Made by a program: the position numbers and the translations under genes
From: Ferrovibrio terrae
GTDB lineage: Bacteria > Pseudomonadota > Alphaproteobacteria > Ferrovibrionales > Ferrovibrionaceae
DNA length: 64,000 bases
Assembly (NCBI RefSeq): GCF_943371255.1
Contig: NZ_CALRUC010000002.1
Location: forward strand, 27,086-91,085
Reading direction: 5' to 3'
Shown here: in pieces, positions 9,220 to 16,082 of the stretch
Position numbering within the stretch: the stretch's first letter is position 1
How the letters are laid out: each line of letters starts with the position of its first letter
Notes under the pieces: generated by a model
What the model was told of the DNA's origin: nothing
The model's input: the letters and a program-made list of their open reading frames with translations, nothing else
Database searches by the model: none

Positions 9220-11586
9220 ATGCACCAGACCATTTATCCGCTGCTGATGGGCGGTTGCCAGAAATACCGGGCCAAGCGCTCGGTGATCGTGGATGCCGCC
9301 AACTCGGCAAGTATTTCGTGGGCGCCCGGAGCTGCCGGAAACCTCAAGCAGTGGACCGCCAGCATTGTGTGCAAGCTGGTCAATCCTGTCAGCTATATGC
9401 CGCTGTTCGATGCCGACAACACCGGCAACGATACCATCACGTTCGGCGCAATCAACGGTGGCCAGCTGCGCTGGATCACTAATGCACAGGGCAGCGCCAC
9501 CTCGCTGCTGCAGACCACCTCGCTGTTCACAGACACGTCAGGCTGGCTGCACTTCCTGTTTAATCTCAACACACCCCACGCGACCGCGGCTGAGCGCCAG
9601 CGCATGTTTACTCAGGGCCAGCGGATCAGCCAGTTCGCGTCGGTTTCCTACATCGCCCAGAATGCCGATCTGCGCTGGAACAACACCGGCTTGCACCAGC
9701 TCGGCAAGGAGCGGACGAATTACGGCAGCTTCATTTTCGGTGATTTCAAGTTCATTGACGGGCAGGGCGCGCTGGATCCGACAGACTTCGGCCGCTTCGA
9801 CCCGAAGAGCGGAACCTTTGCGCTTCGGCACTTCATGGGTGGCTATGGCCTGAATGGCCGACACTACCCGTTCGTCGGCGACGCCGGCGACGCCCCTGCG
9901 ACCGCTGCAGAAGGCATGAAAGACCGCGCGCCGATCGATGGCACGCATGTTGCGGCCAACAATGCGACCGCTGCCGGCATCGCTACAACGGACTTCGTAA
10001 AGGACAGCCCGACGAACTTTAAGATCGGCACAGATCTTCGCGGAAACTTCTGCACATGGTCGCCGAACAATCCGGGAGGCAAGGCCGGATATACCGGCCA
10101 GACAGTTTCGGATGGCGGCTTGCGGGTCAGCCCGACAACCTCTCACACCGCGTTTGGCACTATCGCGCTGCCGCGCACCGGCTGGTACTTCTGGTCGAGC
10201 CTCTATGAAAGCGGCTCGTGGCCGATCTTCGGTATCGCCCAGGCACAAGCCGCCGGCAACACACAGTACAACACCGGGCCTTACGGTTGGCAGTACGTCT
10301 GGTATGGCAATGGCGGCAATGGCACGATGCTGCCCGGTAGCGCCGGTGCTGATGCCAATTCGCCGAATACCGTTGGCGATGAAGCCTTGGTCTGCGTTCG
10401 CGTTCAGCAAAACAAGGTCTGGCTCGGCCGGCGTCGCGCCGGCGTCGTCTCGTGGATCGGCGGCGGAGATCCTATAGCTGGCACCAATCCGACCTTTAGT
10501 GGTTCCGGCGGCGGTGGCGTCTATCGCACCGACCTCGATCTTTCCGTTTCCACCTGGTATCCGTTTGTTGCGGGCTCAGCTGGTGGCCCGACCTGGCGCA
10601 CGAATTTCGGCCAGCGTACAGCTGCATACTGGCCAGCCGGATATCTTCCGCTCTGCGTTCCTGCGCTGCCTAAAGCCACGATCGTGCGGCCCGCGGCCGC
10701 GTTCGTCCAGGCGGTGGACACTGGCGCGAATATTTCCTCTGCGCTTGCCACCAAGCGCGCAGCATGGGGCAACTCATATATCGATATTATCCGCAGCACC
10801 GGCGCAGAAGGTTGGCGCTTCCGCTTCGGCGATGATCCGACAAAGTTTCTCGACTCTTCTGACAACGCGAACCCGAAGCAGAACTTTCCGGCGCTCGCTG
10901 GCGGTTCTTACTGGGGCGGCAGCATTCGCACCGGTGCAACCTATGGCGTGGTCTCGGGCGAGGCGGTGCATGTCAATGGCGTGACCACCACGATCACCGA
11001 CAATCTGGGCACCGGCCGTAAGATTGTCATTGTGCGCCGCGCCGATGCCGGTGGCGCCTGGTACACCTACCACCCGGACCTGACTGCCGGGAAACTGATC
11101 TATCTGAATACGTCAGCCGGCGAGACCACGGACGGCTCGATCGGCGCATTCACCTCCAACAGCTTCCAGATTCATAGCGGCCAGCCCAGTGGCACCTACC
11201 GCTATATCGTTCTCGCCGAGACTTCGGGGCTGATCGGGATCGGTTTCTATTGGGGACATGGTTCTGTGCCAGGGCCGATGTGCCAGCTCAATCATTCGTC
11301 GGCGCTAACGTTCTGGAAGCGCACCGACTCTGCTGGCGACTCCTACGTGGTGCCGTCCGCACTCAATTCCAACAATCCGCGCGACTACTGCATGTCGTTC
11401 AATTCGGCCAGTGCAGCCGGGCCGGCGCCCTCACGCGCAGTCGAAGTTACCGCGAACGGCATCCAGCAGCGCGGATCGCCAGCACAGGCCGATGCAAACG
11501 CAAATGGCGGAGTTTATGTGGTCCTGAGCTTCGCGGAGTTTGCCTTTGCAACAGGCGACTGCGCGGCACAGGGCATGGCACGATAG
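9220..11586 (+). CDS. Large multidomain receptor-binding/fibre protein (ConA/LamG-like + SPRY-like beta domains)
   Basis: 788 aa, Gly/Thr/Trp-rich; follows fibre anchor; segments such as AGNLKQWT, DSPTN..GNFCTWSP, AFGTIAL..GWYFW, NFGQR..Y.PAGYL.LC...LP. Confidence 0.65.
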   Translation: MHQTIYPLLMGGCQKYRAKRSVIVDAANSASISWAPGAAGNLKQWTASIVCKLVNPVSYMPLFDADNTGNDTITFGAINGGQLRWITNAQGSATSLLQTTSLFTDTSGWLHFLFNLNTPHATAAERQRMFTQGQRISQFASVSYIAQNADLRWNNTGLHQLGKERTNYGSFIFGDFKFIDGQGALDPTDFGRFDPKSGTFALRHFMGGYGLNGRHYPFVGDAGDAPATAAEGMKDRAPIDGTHVAANNATAAGIATTDFVKDSPTNFKIGTDLRGNFCTWSPNNPGGKAGYTGQTVSDGGLRVSPTTSHTAFGTIALPRTGWYFWSSLYESGSWPIFGIAQAQAAGNTQYNTGPYGWQYVWYGNGGNGTMLPGSAGADANSPNTVGDEALVCVRVQQNKVWLGRRRAGVVSWIGGGDPIAGTNPTFSGSGGGGVYRTDLDLSVSTWYPFVAGSAGGPTWRTNFGQRTAAYWPAGYLPLCVPALPKATIVRPAAAFVQAVDTGANISSALATKRAAWGNSYIDIIRSTGAEGWRFRFGDDPTKFLDSSDNANPKQNFPALAGGSYWGGSIRTGATYGVVSGEAVHVNGVTTTITDNLGTGRKIVIVRRADAGGAWYTYHPDLTAGKLIYLNTSAGETTDGSIGAFTSNSFQIHSGQPSGTYRYIVLAETSGLIGIGFYWGHGSVPGPMCQLNHSSALTFWKRTDSAGDSYVVPSALNSNNPRDYCMSFNSASAAGPAPSRAVEVTANGIQQRGSPAQADANANGGVYVVLSFAEFAFATGDCAAQGMAR

Positions 11587-11596
11587 GGAGATGGCA

Positions 11597-12256
11597 ATGA
11601 GCCAGGTGGCTGAGTTTTATATTCCGAATGTTGGCAACGTGGCCGCGGACCAGGGCTTCACCGGTCCAAATGGCACGCAATACGGCGCGGGCTGGCTTCT
11701 CAATCCGCCGGAAGTCGAAGCCGCCGCGCTCGGCGTCCTTCCGCTGGTTCGCGAGGAGAAGCCTGACCACGACAGCAACACGCAATATCTGCGCGAGCAG
11801 CAGGTCGGGGCAGTGATCTCCTATGTGGTCGAAGACATTCCGAGCGAAGAGATCGAGGCGCGCCTAGCCGGTCTTGCTGTTGCGGCCGCAATGCAGGTGG
11901 ATCTGGCGGCCGAGCAGGCCCGGATGCGTTTCATTACGCCAGGCGCCGGCCAGGCAATGGTGTATCAGACCAAGATCGAAGAGGCCGCGCGGTGGATTGC
12001 TGCGGGTTCCCCGCCGGACCTCTCCGCTTATCCCTTCATCGCGGCCGAAGTCGGTCTCACCGCACCATCTGCTGCTGAGCTGGTTGCGCTGTGGCAGACG
12101 ATGGAGAGCGGCTGGCGCACTGTTGCGGCCCAGATCGAAGCGGTCCGCATGACTGGCAAGAACGCGATCAACGCAGCGGCCGCCGGCGGCGATCCCGCGG
12201 CGATCACTGCCGCGTTGAACGCCGCCCTGGTTACACTGGCGGCCTTCGCGCCTTGA
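11597..12256 (+). CDS. Tail-fibre-associated/assembly protein
   Basis: RBS GGGAG; 219 aa; AAEQARMRFITPG.GQAMVYQ.K.EEA..W...PFIAAE pattern common in proteobacterial phage tail loci. Confidence 0.55.
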   Translation: MSQVAEFYIPNVGNVAADQGFTGPNGTQYGAGWLLNPPEVEAAALGVLPLVREEKPDHDSNTQYLREQQVGAVISYVVEDIPSEEIEARLAGLAVAAAMQVDLAAEQARMRFITPGAGQAMVYQTKIEEAARWIAAGSPPDLSAYPFIAAEVGLTAPSAAELVALWQTMESGWRTVAAQIEAVRMTGKNAINAAAAGGDPAAITAALNAALVTLAAFAP

Positions 12257-12438
12257 TCCCGCAGCGGCCCATCCGCGTCGGTGAAACCGTCAGGATCACC
12301 GACGCGATCTATGGCGAAGTGAAAGAGGTGGTTGCCGATTATTTCGGAACAATCGACCGCCTGATCATCGAAGTGTCTGATACGTGTTTTATCAATCTGT
12401 TTATCGAAGATCTGCCGACGCAGAGGCTTGATTCGTGA
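12253..12438 (+). CDS. Small hypothetical protein (61 aa, KOW/SH3-like start IRVGETVRIT)
   Basis: TTG start overlapping previous stop (TTGA); lower GC; no function assignable. Confidence 0.4.
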   Translation: MIPQRPIRVGETVRITDAIYGEVKEVVADYFGTIDRLIIEVSDTCFINLFIEDLPTQRLDS

Positions 12439-12476
12439 TCGACCATTTTCATCAAGACATTTCCTCAGCTGGCGTC

Positions 12477-12582
12477 GGCCGGCGGGGGTCGGGCTGCGCT
12501 AACAGCCCGAACCGCGAGGTGAGATCTCGCACGACCAAGACCGGCCTATCTGGGCCATCCCGCCACCCCTGCAGGGGCGGGA
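12477..12582 (+). promoter_or_regulatory. Structured leader upstream of com (multiple hairpins)
   Basis: TCGGGCTG-cgctaa-CAGCCCGA (12489-12510), GCGAG-N7-CTCGC (12514-12530), TCCCG..CCCC-tgca-GGGGCGGGA (12558-12582), closing GGCCGG/CCGGCC (12477-82/12541-46). Confidence 0.45.
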
Positions 12583-12603
12583 ATGTCATAGGGATCTCAA
12601 CAG

Positions 12604-12810
12604 GTGGAGTCTATTCGCTGCGGCCGCTGCGAGCGGTTGCTTTTCAAATCGACACCAGGCGCTGTCACAGGACGAATCGAAGTGAAGTGTTCTCGGTGCG
12701 GCAGCATCAATCAGATCAGGGCCGCGAGCCCATCACCGGAACGCCAGCGAGCGTCATTCATAGAGGAAACTATGATGACCAACGCAAACGACTCGGGGAG
12801 CGTAAAGTGA
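12604..12810 (+). CDS. com: Mu Com-family zinc-finger regulator
   Basis: IRCGRCERLLFK...IEVKCSRCGSINQ (CxxC...CxxC); position at Mu com locus. Confidence 0.85.
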   Translation: MESIRCGRCERLLFKSTPGAVTGRIEVKCSRCGSINQIRAASPSPERQRASFIEETMMTNANDSGSVK

Positions 12811-13718
12811 ATGTGGCTTTATCTCCCTTCAACGGCCTTGCGCTCTGTGCCGGCGGCGGCGGCCTCGAACTTGGCATCCATATTGCCGAACCCGAATATC
12901 GAACTGTTTGTTACGTTGAGCGGGAAGCCTACGCTGCAGCCGCTCTCGTGGCACGGATGGAAGACAAGGCGCTATCTGACGCGCCTGTCTGGAGTGACGT
13001 TACCAGCTTCAACGGCCGTCCGTGGCGCGGCGTCGTGGATATCCTCTCTGCGGGTTACCCGTGCCAGCCTTTCAGCTCGGCCGGCAAGAAACTCGGCACG
13101 GCGGATCCGCGCCACCTCTGGCCGCATGTCGCCAGGATCGTCCGTGAGATTGAGCCGGAATGGCTCTTCCTCGAAAATGTCCCGCACCATCTCCGCGTCG
13201 GATTTCCCGTGGTCGCAAACGACCTACGAGAAATGGGCTACCGGTTTGTGGCGGGCCTGTTCTCTGCGCGAGAAGCGGGTGCTGCACATTTCCGGCGGCG
13301 ACTCTTCGTACTGGCCCACGCCGACCGCGAGCAATGCCGGCGATTGGCCTCAAGTGCGTGTGGGCGCCACGATGCAGTTTTGCGATCCGCCGAACGGAAA
13401 CCAATTCGCGCTGCCAATGGCCGCGCGGATCTGGTGTCTGTGGTGGGATATGATCGTCGCAACCGTCGGCGTGCGCGCTATCGCGCAACGTCCGGCGAGC
13501 TGCCTGTCTATGCCCCTGGTCCAGGTGCTCTTGAAGCCTGGGCGCACATCATCGGAAGCGATCCCAGTCTTAAACCCGCGCTTTGGCGAGATGCTGATGG
13601 GCTGGCCGACTGGGTGGACCGCAACCGAGTCGTCGGTAACGGAGTTTCATCGGTGGCTGCGGCTTTCGCGTTCTGTACTCTCAAAGCTGAACTCTTTGCG
13701 GATGGATCTGCATCGTGA
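12807..13718 (+). CDS. DNA (cytosine-5) methyltransferase, alpha chain (lacks motif IX)
   Basis: GTG start overlapping com stop (GTGA), RBS GGGGAG; motifs I LCAGGGG, II VERE, IV GYPCQPFS, VI ENV, VIII HFRRRLFVLA, X GNGV. Confidence 0.88.
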   Translation: MNVALSPFNGLALCAGGGGLELGIHIAEPEYRTVCYVEREAYAAAALVARMEDKALSDAPVWSDVTSFNGRPWRGVVDILSAGYPCQPFSSAGKKLGTADPRHLWPHVARIVREIEPEWLFLENVPHHLRVGFPVVANDLREMGYRFVAGLFSAREAGAAHFRRRLFVLAHADREQCRRLASSACGRHDAVLRSAERKPIRAANGRADLVSVVGYDRRNRRRARYRATSGELPVYAPGPGALEAWAHIIGSDPSLKPALWRDADGLADWVDRNRVVGNGVSSVAAAFAFCTLKAELFADGSAS

Positions 13719-13773
13719 GGGTGAAAACCGCGATGTACCCGGCAATAATGCGGGCATCGAATCGGGGGAATGA
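12811..13773 (+). CDS. Overlapping +1-frame ORF: putative beta chain of the C5-methyltransferase (supplies motif IX)
   Basis: 320 codons open; WPTPTA (from 13312) and LNPRFGEMLMGWPTGWT (13570-13620) resemble TRD/motif IX segments; starts right after com stop and ends right before next ATG. Confidence 0.7.
   Translation: MWLYLPSTALRSVPAAAASNLASILPNPNIELFVTLSGKPTLQPLSWHGWKTRRYLTRLSGVTLPASTAVRGAASWISSLRVTRASLSARPARNSARRIRATSGRMSPGSSVRLSRNGSSSKMSRTISASDFPWSQTTYEKWATGLWRACSLREKRVLHISGGDSSYWPTPTASNAGDWPQVRVGATMQFCDPPNGNQFALPMAARIWCLWWDMIVATVGVRAIAQRPASCLSMPLVQVLLKPGRTSSEAIPVLNPRFGEMLMGWPTGWTATESSVTEFHRWLRLSRSVLSKLNSLRMDLHREGENRDVPGNNAGIESGE
13721..13749 (+). promoter_or_regulatory. Possible sigma70-type promoter for the GNAT-like gene
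   Basis: GTGAAA-N17-AATAAT upstream of RBS GGGGGA and ATG 13774. Confidence 0.3.
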
Positions 13774-14475
13774 ATGAACATCGCGCGCCAGATCGATCGG
13801 CACGCCGCGGCGATTGTTGCGGCGCTTGCCGAAGGCGGGTTCAAGGCTCATTTGAACGATGACCCGAAAGCCTATGCCGACTATGTCGGCACGGTGCCGG
13901 GTTACAGCCTGACCTCTCCGCTCGATCTGGCGTTTGTCGATGTGCGCGAGAAATTCATCTGGCTTCGCGTCACAGATAGCGCCGGCAATCTCGTCGCCAT
14001 CGAGGCTGGCCGTTATCTCAAAGCACCGACGCTCACCGGCGGCCTGAATCGCCTGCTGAAATCCCGGCGCTTCTTCGGTGAGCATCGCCCGACATTGCCT
14101 GTCGTCACGACGCTGCCGGCAATCAACCTCAGCGGCGACCTGGGCTACATGGGTGGCGGCTTCGTTGCCAAGGAGCATCGGGACCGCGGCGTCATGAGCC
14201 TCACGGCGCAGCTGACGATGCTACATCTCATGCGGCTGTTTCCCATCGATCATCTGTTCGGCCTGGTCAAAGCGCAGCACGTTGCGCGATCGCTGCGGCT
14301 GCAGGGTTATGGGTTCACTTCTGCGACTGCAGTGCGTTGGGCTTACTGGGCCGATTCGGCAGCGCCGGAGACCCTCTTCATGGTGCATGTTGACCGTGCG
14401 GCACTCATTGATCGTGTGGATGAACAGCCACATTACGCGCTCAAGAAATCCACGATCGTAGAAGGTAAAGTCTAG
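13774..14475 (+). CDS. Orphan GNAT/acyl-CoA N-acyltransferase-fold protein
   Basis: 233 aa; GGGFVAKEHRDRGVMSL resembles GNAT motif A (V.xxxR..G); FIWLRVTD.AG..VA..AGR and FGLV strands. Confidence 0.5.
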   Translation: MNIARQIDRHAAAIVAALAEGGFKAHLNDDPKAYADYVGTVPGYSLTSPLDLAFVDVREKFIWLRVTDSAGNLVAIEAGRYLKAPTLTGGLNRLLKSRRFFGEHRPTLPVVTTLPAINLSGDLGYMGGGFVAKEHRDRGVMSLTAQLTMLHLMRLFPIDHLFGLVKAQHVARSLRLQGYGFTSATAVRWAYWADSAAPETLFMVHVDRAALIDRVDEQPHYALKKSTIVEGKV

Positions 14476-14510
14476 CTTTCGATTTGCCAGCTCGCCTTAA
14501 GCATGAGTCG

Positions 14511-14538
14511 TTGACAGAGAACCACCACCGAGGATAAT
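14511..14538 (+). promoter_or_regulatory. Near-consensus sigma70 promoter for the HTH/PAS gene
   Basis: TTGACA (14511-16)-N16-GATAAT (14533-38), then RBS-like GAGAGGA and ATG 14569. Confidence 0.6.
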
Positions 14539-14568
14539 TCCGCTCTACCGAGAGGATATATCCGCGCC

Positions 14569-15276
14569 ATGACGACAGGTTGCAGTGGTAGTAGCGATGA
14601 AAGGGACGCCCTGAAGGATTTTGGGGCTCGATTCAAAGCTGCATTCGACCATCGCGTGAGCCTAGCGGGCCTGGATCAGAAGGATGTCGCCGCGGCGATC
14701 AAGAAGCATCCTTCGACGCTTCGGGCACATCGGGCCGGCGAGAACCCGATGAGCTACTTAGATCTGGAAGCCTATGACGACTATTTCGCAGCGATCGGCC
14801 AGCCTGGTCTGATCGATGACGTTCGGCAGCAGCGAAACTGGACTGCCTATGCCGAACAGCTGCAGAGCGTTTCTGAATATGGGCCAGCGCAGCGGCTGAT
14901 GGAATGCGCGCCTGGCCTGCGGTCGGCCGGCGGTGCGATCGAGGAGTTTTTAGCCGAGCAGGGCCTGCTGCCATACGTGCATATCATGGTGGCAGCTGAT
15001 GGTGCCGTGAGGACGAGCGCGATCGGCTCGAAGATGCCGACCGCCAGGGCGCTCGATCCTAGCATCAAGATGCGTGACGTCCGGAACCTCAGCGACCGGG
15101 CGTATGGTCAATTCCTGCACCGCCAGGTGCATGAGCTGCTGCAGGATGGCAGGGACGTTGTGCAGCATATTTCGGCGCCTTCGATGAGCTATTACAGGCT
15201 CGGCGTGCCGGTGGGAAACTTCCTGGTCGCCGTGACGTTCGGCGCCCAGGTCATTCCGTCTTACAAGTTGGGTTGA
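14569..15276 (+). CDS. XRE-type HTH protein with C-terminal PAS-like (PAS_5-like) domain
   Basis: LDQKDVAAAIKKHPSTLRAHRAGENP HTH; C-terminal LLPYVHIM...VRTSAIGS...SYYRLGVPV pattern. Confidence 0.55.
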   Translation: MTTGCSGSSDERDALKDFGARFKAAFDHRVSLAGLDQKDVAAAIKKHPSTLRAHRAGENPMSYLDLEAYDDYFAAIGQPGLIDDVRQQRNWTAYAEQLQSVSEYGPAQRLMECAPGLRSAGGAIEEFLAEQGLLPYVHIMVAADGAVRTSAIGSKMPTARALDPSIKMRDVRNLSDRAYGQFLHRQVHELLQDGRDVVQHISAPSMSYYRLGVPVGNFLVAVTFGAQVIPSYKLG

Positions 15277-15303
15277 GTCAGGCAAGCAAAAGGGGTCGGT
15301 TTA

Positions 15304-15465
15304 ATGGGTAAGGAAGCAGGATTTCAGGCGGGCAGCGACAAGCCGGATCGGGCGACGGCTCTTAAGCCGTCCATGGAGAAGGCAAAGGTGAAGCCCAGAA
15401 CCGAGATCTTAAAGATCAAGCGCGGGCGGCTCTCGGTCGAGCTGCGGATCAGCGGCGAAGATTGA
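15304..15465 (+). CDS. Small basic hypothetical protein (53 aa; not in supplied ORF track)
   Basis: AGGGG RBS 8 nt before ATG; MGKEAGFQAGSDKPDRATALKPSMEKAKVKPRTEILKIKRGRLSVELRISGED*. Confidence 0.4.
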   Translation: MGKEAGFQAGSDKPDRATALKPSMEKAKVKPRTEILKIKRGRLSVELRISGED

Positions 15466-15467
15466 TG

Positions 15468-16007
15468 TCACTGATCGATAAATTCGTCGGCCACGGGCAG
15501 CCGGTTGGGTGTGATCAGAATCCGGCCCAAACCCTTCCGCCTGCACTGCTGGCAGCGCGCTGCCCGCTCGGCGGCGATCAGGGTCATATTGCCCTTGCCG
15601 GCAGCGACCAGGGCGGGCAGGTCAAGCTCGGCCCGGTGACGGCACAGATTGCCGTGCGGCGGCAGGGGCGCGAGGCAGTGAACCGAGGCCTTATCGCCCC
15701 GGCTGTGGTGATAGCCCAGCGTGGGCGCCCTGCGGTCCTTCCGGTAGAAGGTTTCCTCGGGCGTTTCCGGGCGCCTGGTGATGACAAAATCGAGGCCCTT
15801 GGCGTTGCAGGCAGGGCAACGCAGCAGAGGGCCGATTTCCTCCAGCGGCGTCTTGTCGCCGTGCAGGACAGCCAGGCGCAGCGGCTGCAGCTCTCTCTGG
15901 TGCCCGAAACGGCACCGGCCGAAGAGTTTGACGCCGCCGCGGCTGACGCCGATCGGGGTGGTAAGGTCGGGCGGTGGAGAGCGTCGAACGGGCTGCATTT
16001 GTTCCAT
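15468..16007 (-). CDS. Tandem zinc-ribbon protein (two C..H...C..C units)
   Basis: RCRFGH...LRCPACNAKG and HC...CRH...RCQQCRRKG internal duplication; probable start ATG 16007. Confidence 0.55.
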   Translation of the reverse strand: MEQMQPVRRSPPPDLTTPIGVSRGGVKLFGRCRFGHQRELQPLRLAVLHGDKTPLEEIGPLLRCPACNAKGLDFVITRRPETPEETFYRKDRRAPTLGYHHSRGDKASVHCLAPLPPHGNLCRHRAELDLPALVAAGKGNMTLIAAERAARCQQCRRKGLGRILITPNRLPVADEFIDQ

Positions 16008-16082
16008 TGATTCCCGGCTTGAAGCCGGGGCGCAATAGAGCAACCGTTAAAGGCCGTTTGAGGCTTGTGGGTAAATCTGAGG

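Noticed and set aside
8603-12440. Gin/Cin-type invertible tail-fibre segment
   Set aside because: No invertase gene, inverted gix-like repeats or reverse-oriented fibre genes found
12435-12806. 124-codon N-terminal extension of the methyltransferase frame (ORF track 12435-13718), with GTGA overlap and a GAGG RBS-like sequence
   Set aside because: No MTase-like content, runs through the hairpin leader and com, and a better RBS/GTG sits at 12807 right before motif I. Treated as chance openness in GC-rich DNA, though not fully excluded.
13774-14475. Calling the GNAT-like ORF a Mom ortholog
   Set aside because: Only position, size and generic GNAT motif match; no Mom-specific sequence recognised
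15990-16060. Possible alphaproteobacterial LexA box upstream of the zinc-ribbon gene
   Set aside because: Best match GTTG-N7-GCGC is too far from GTTC-N7-GTTC
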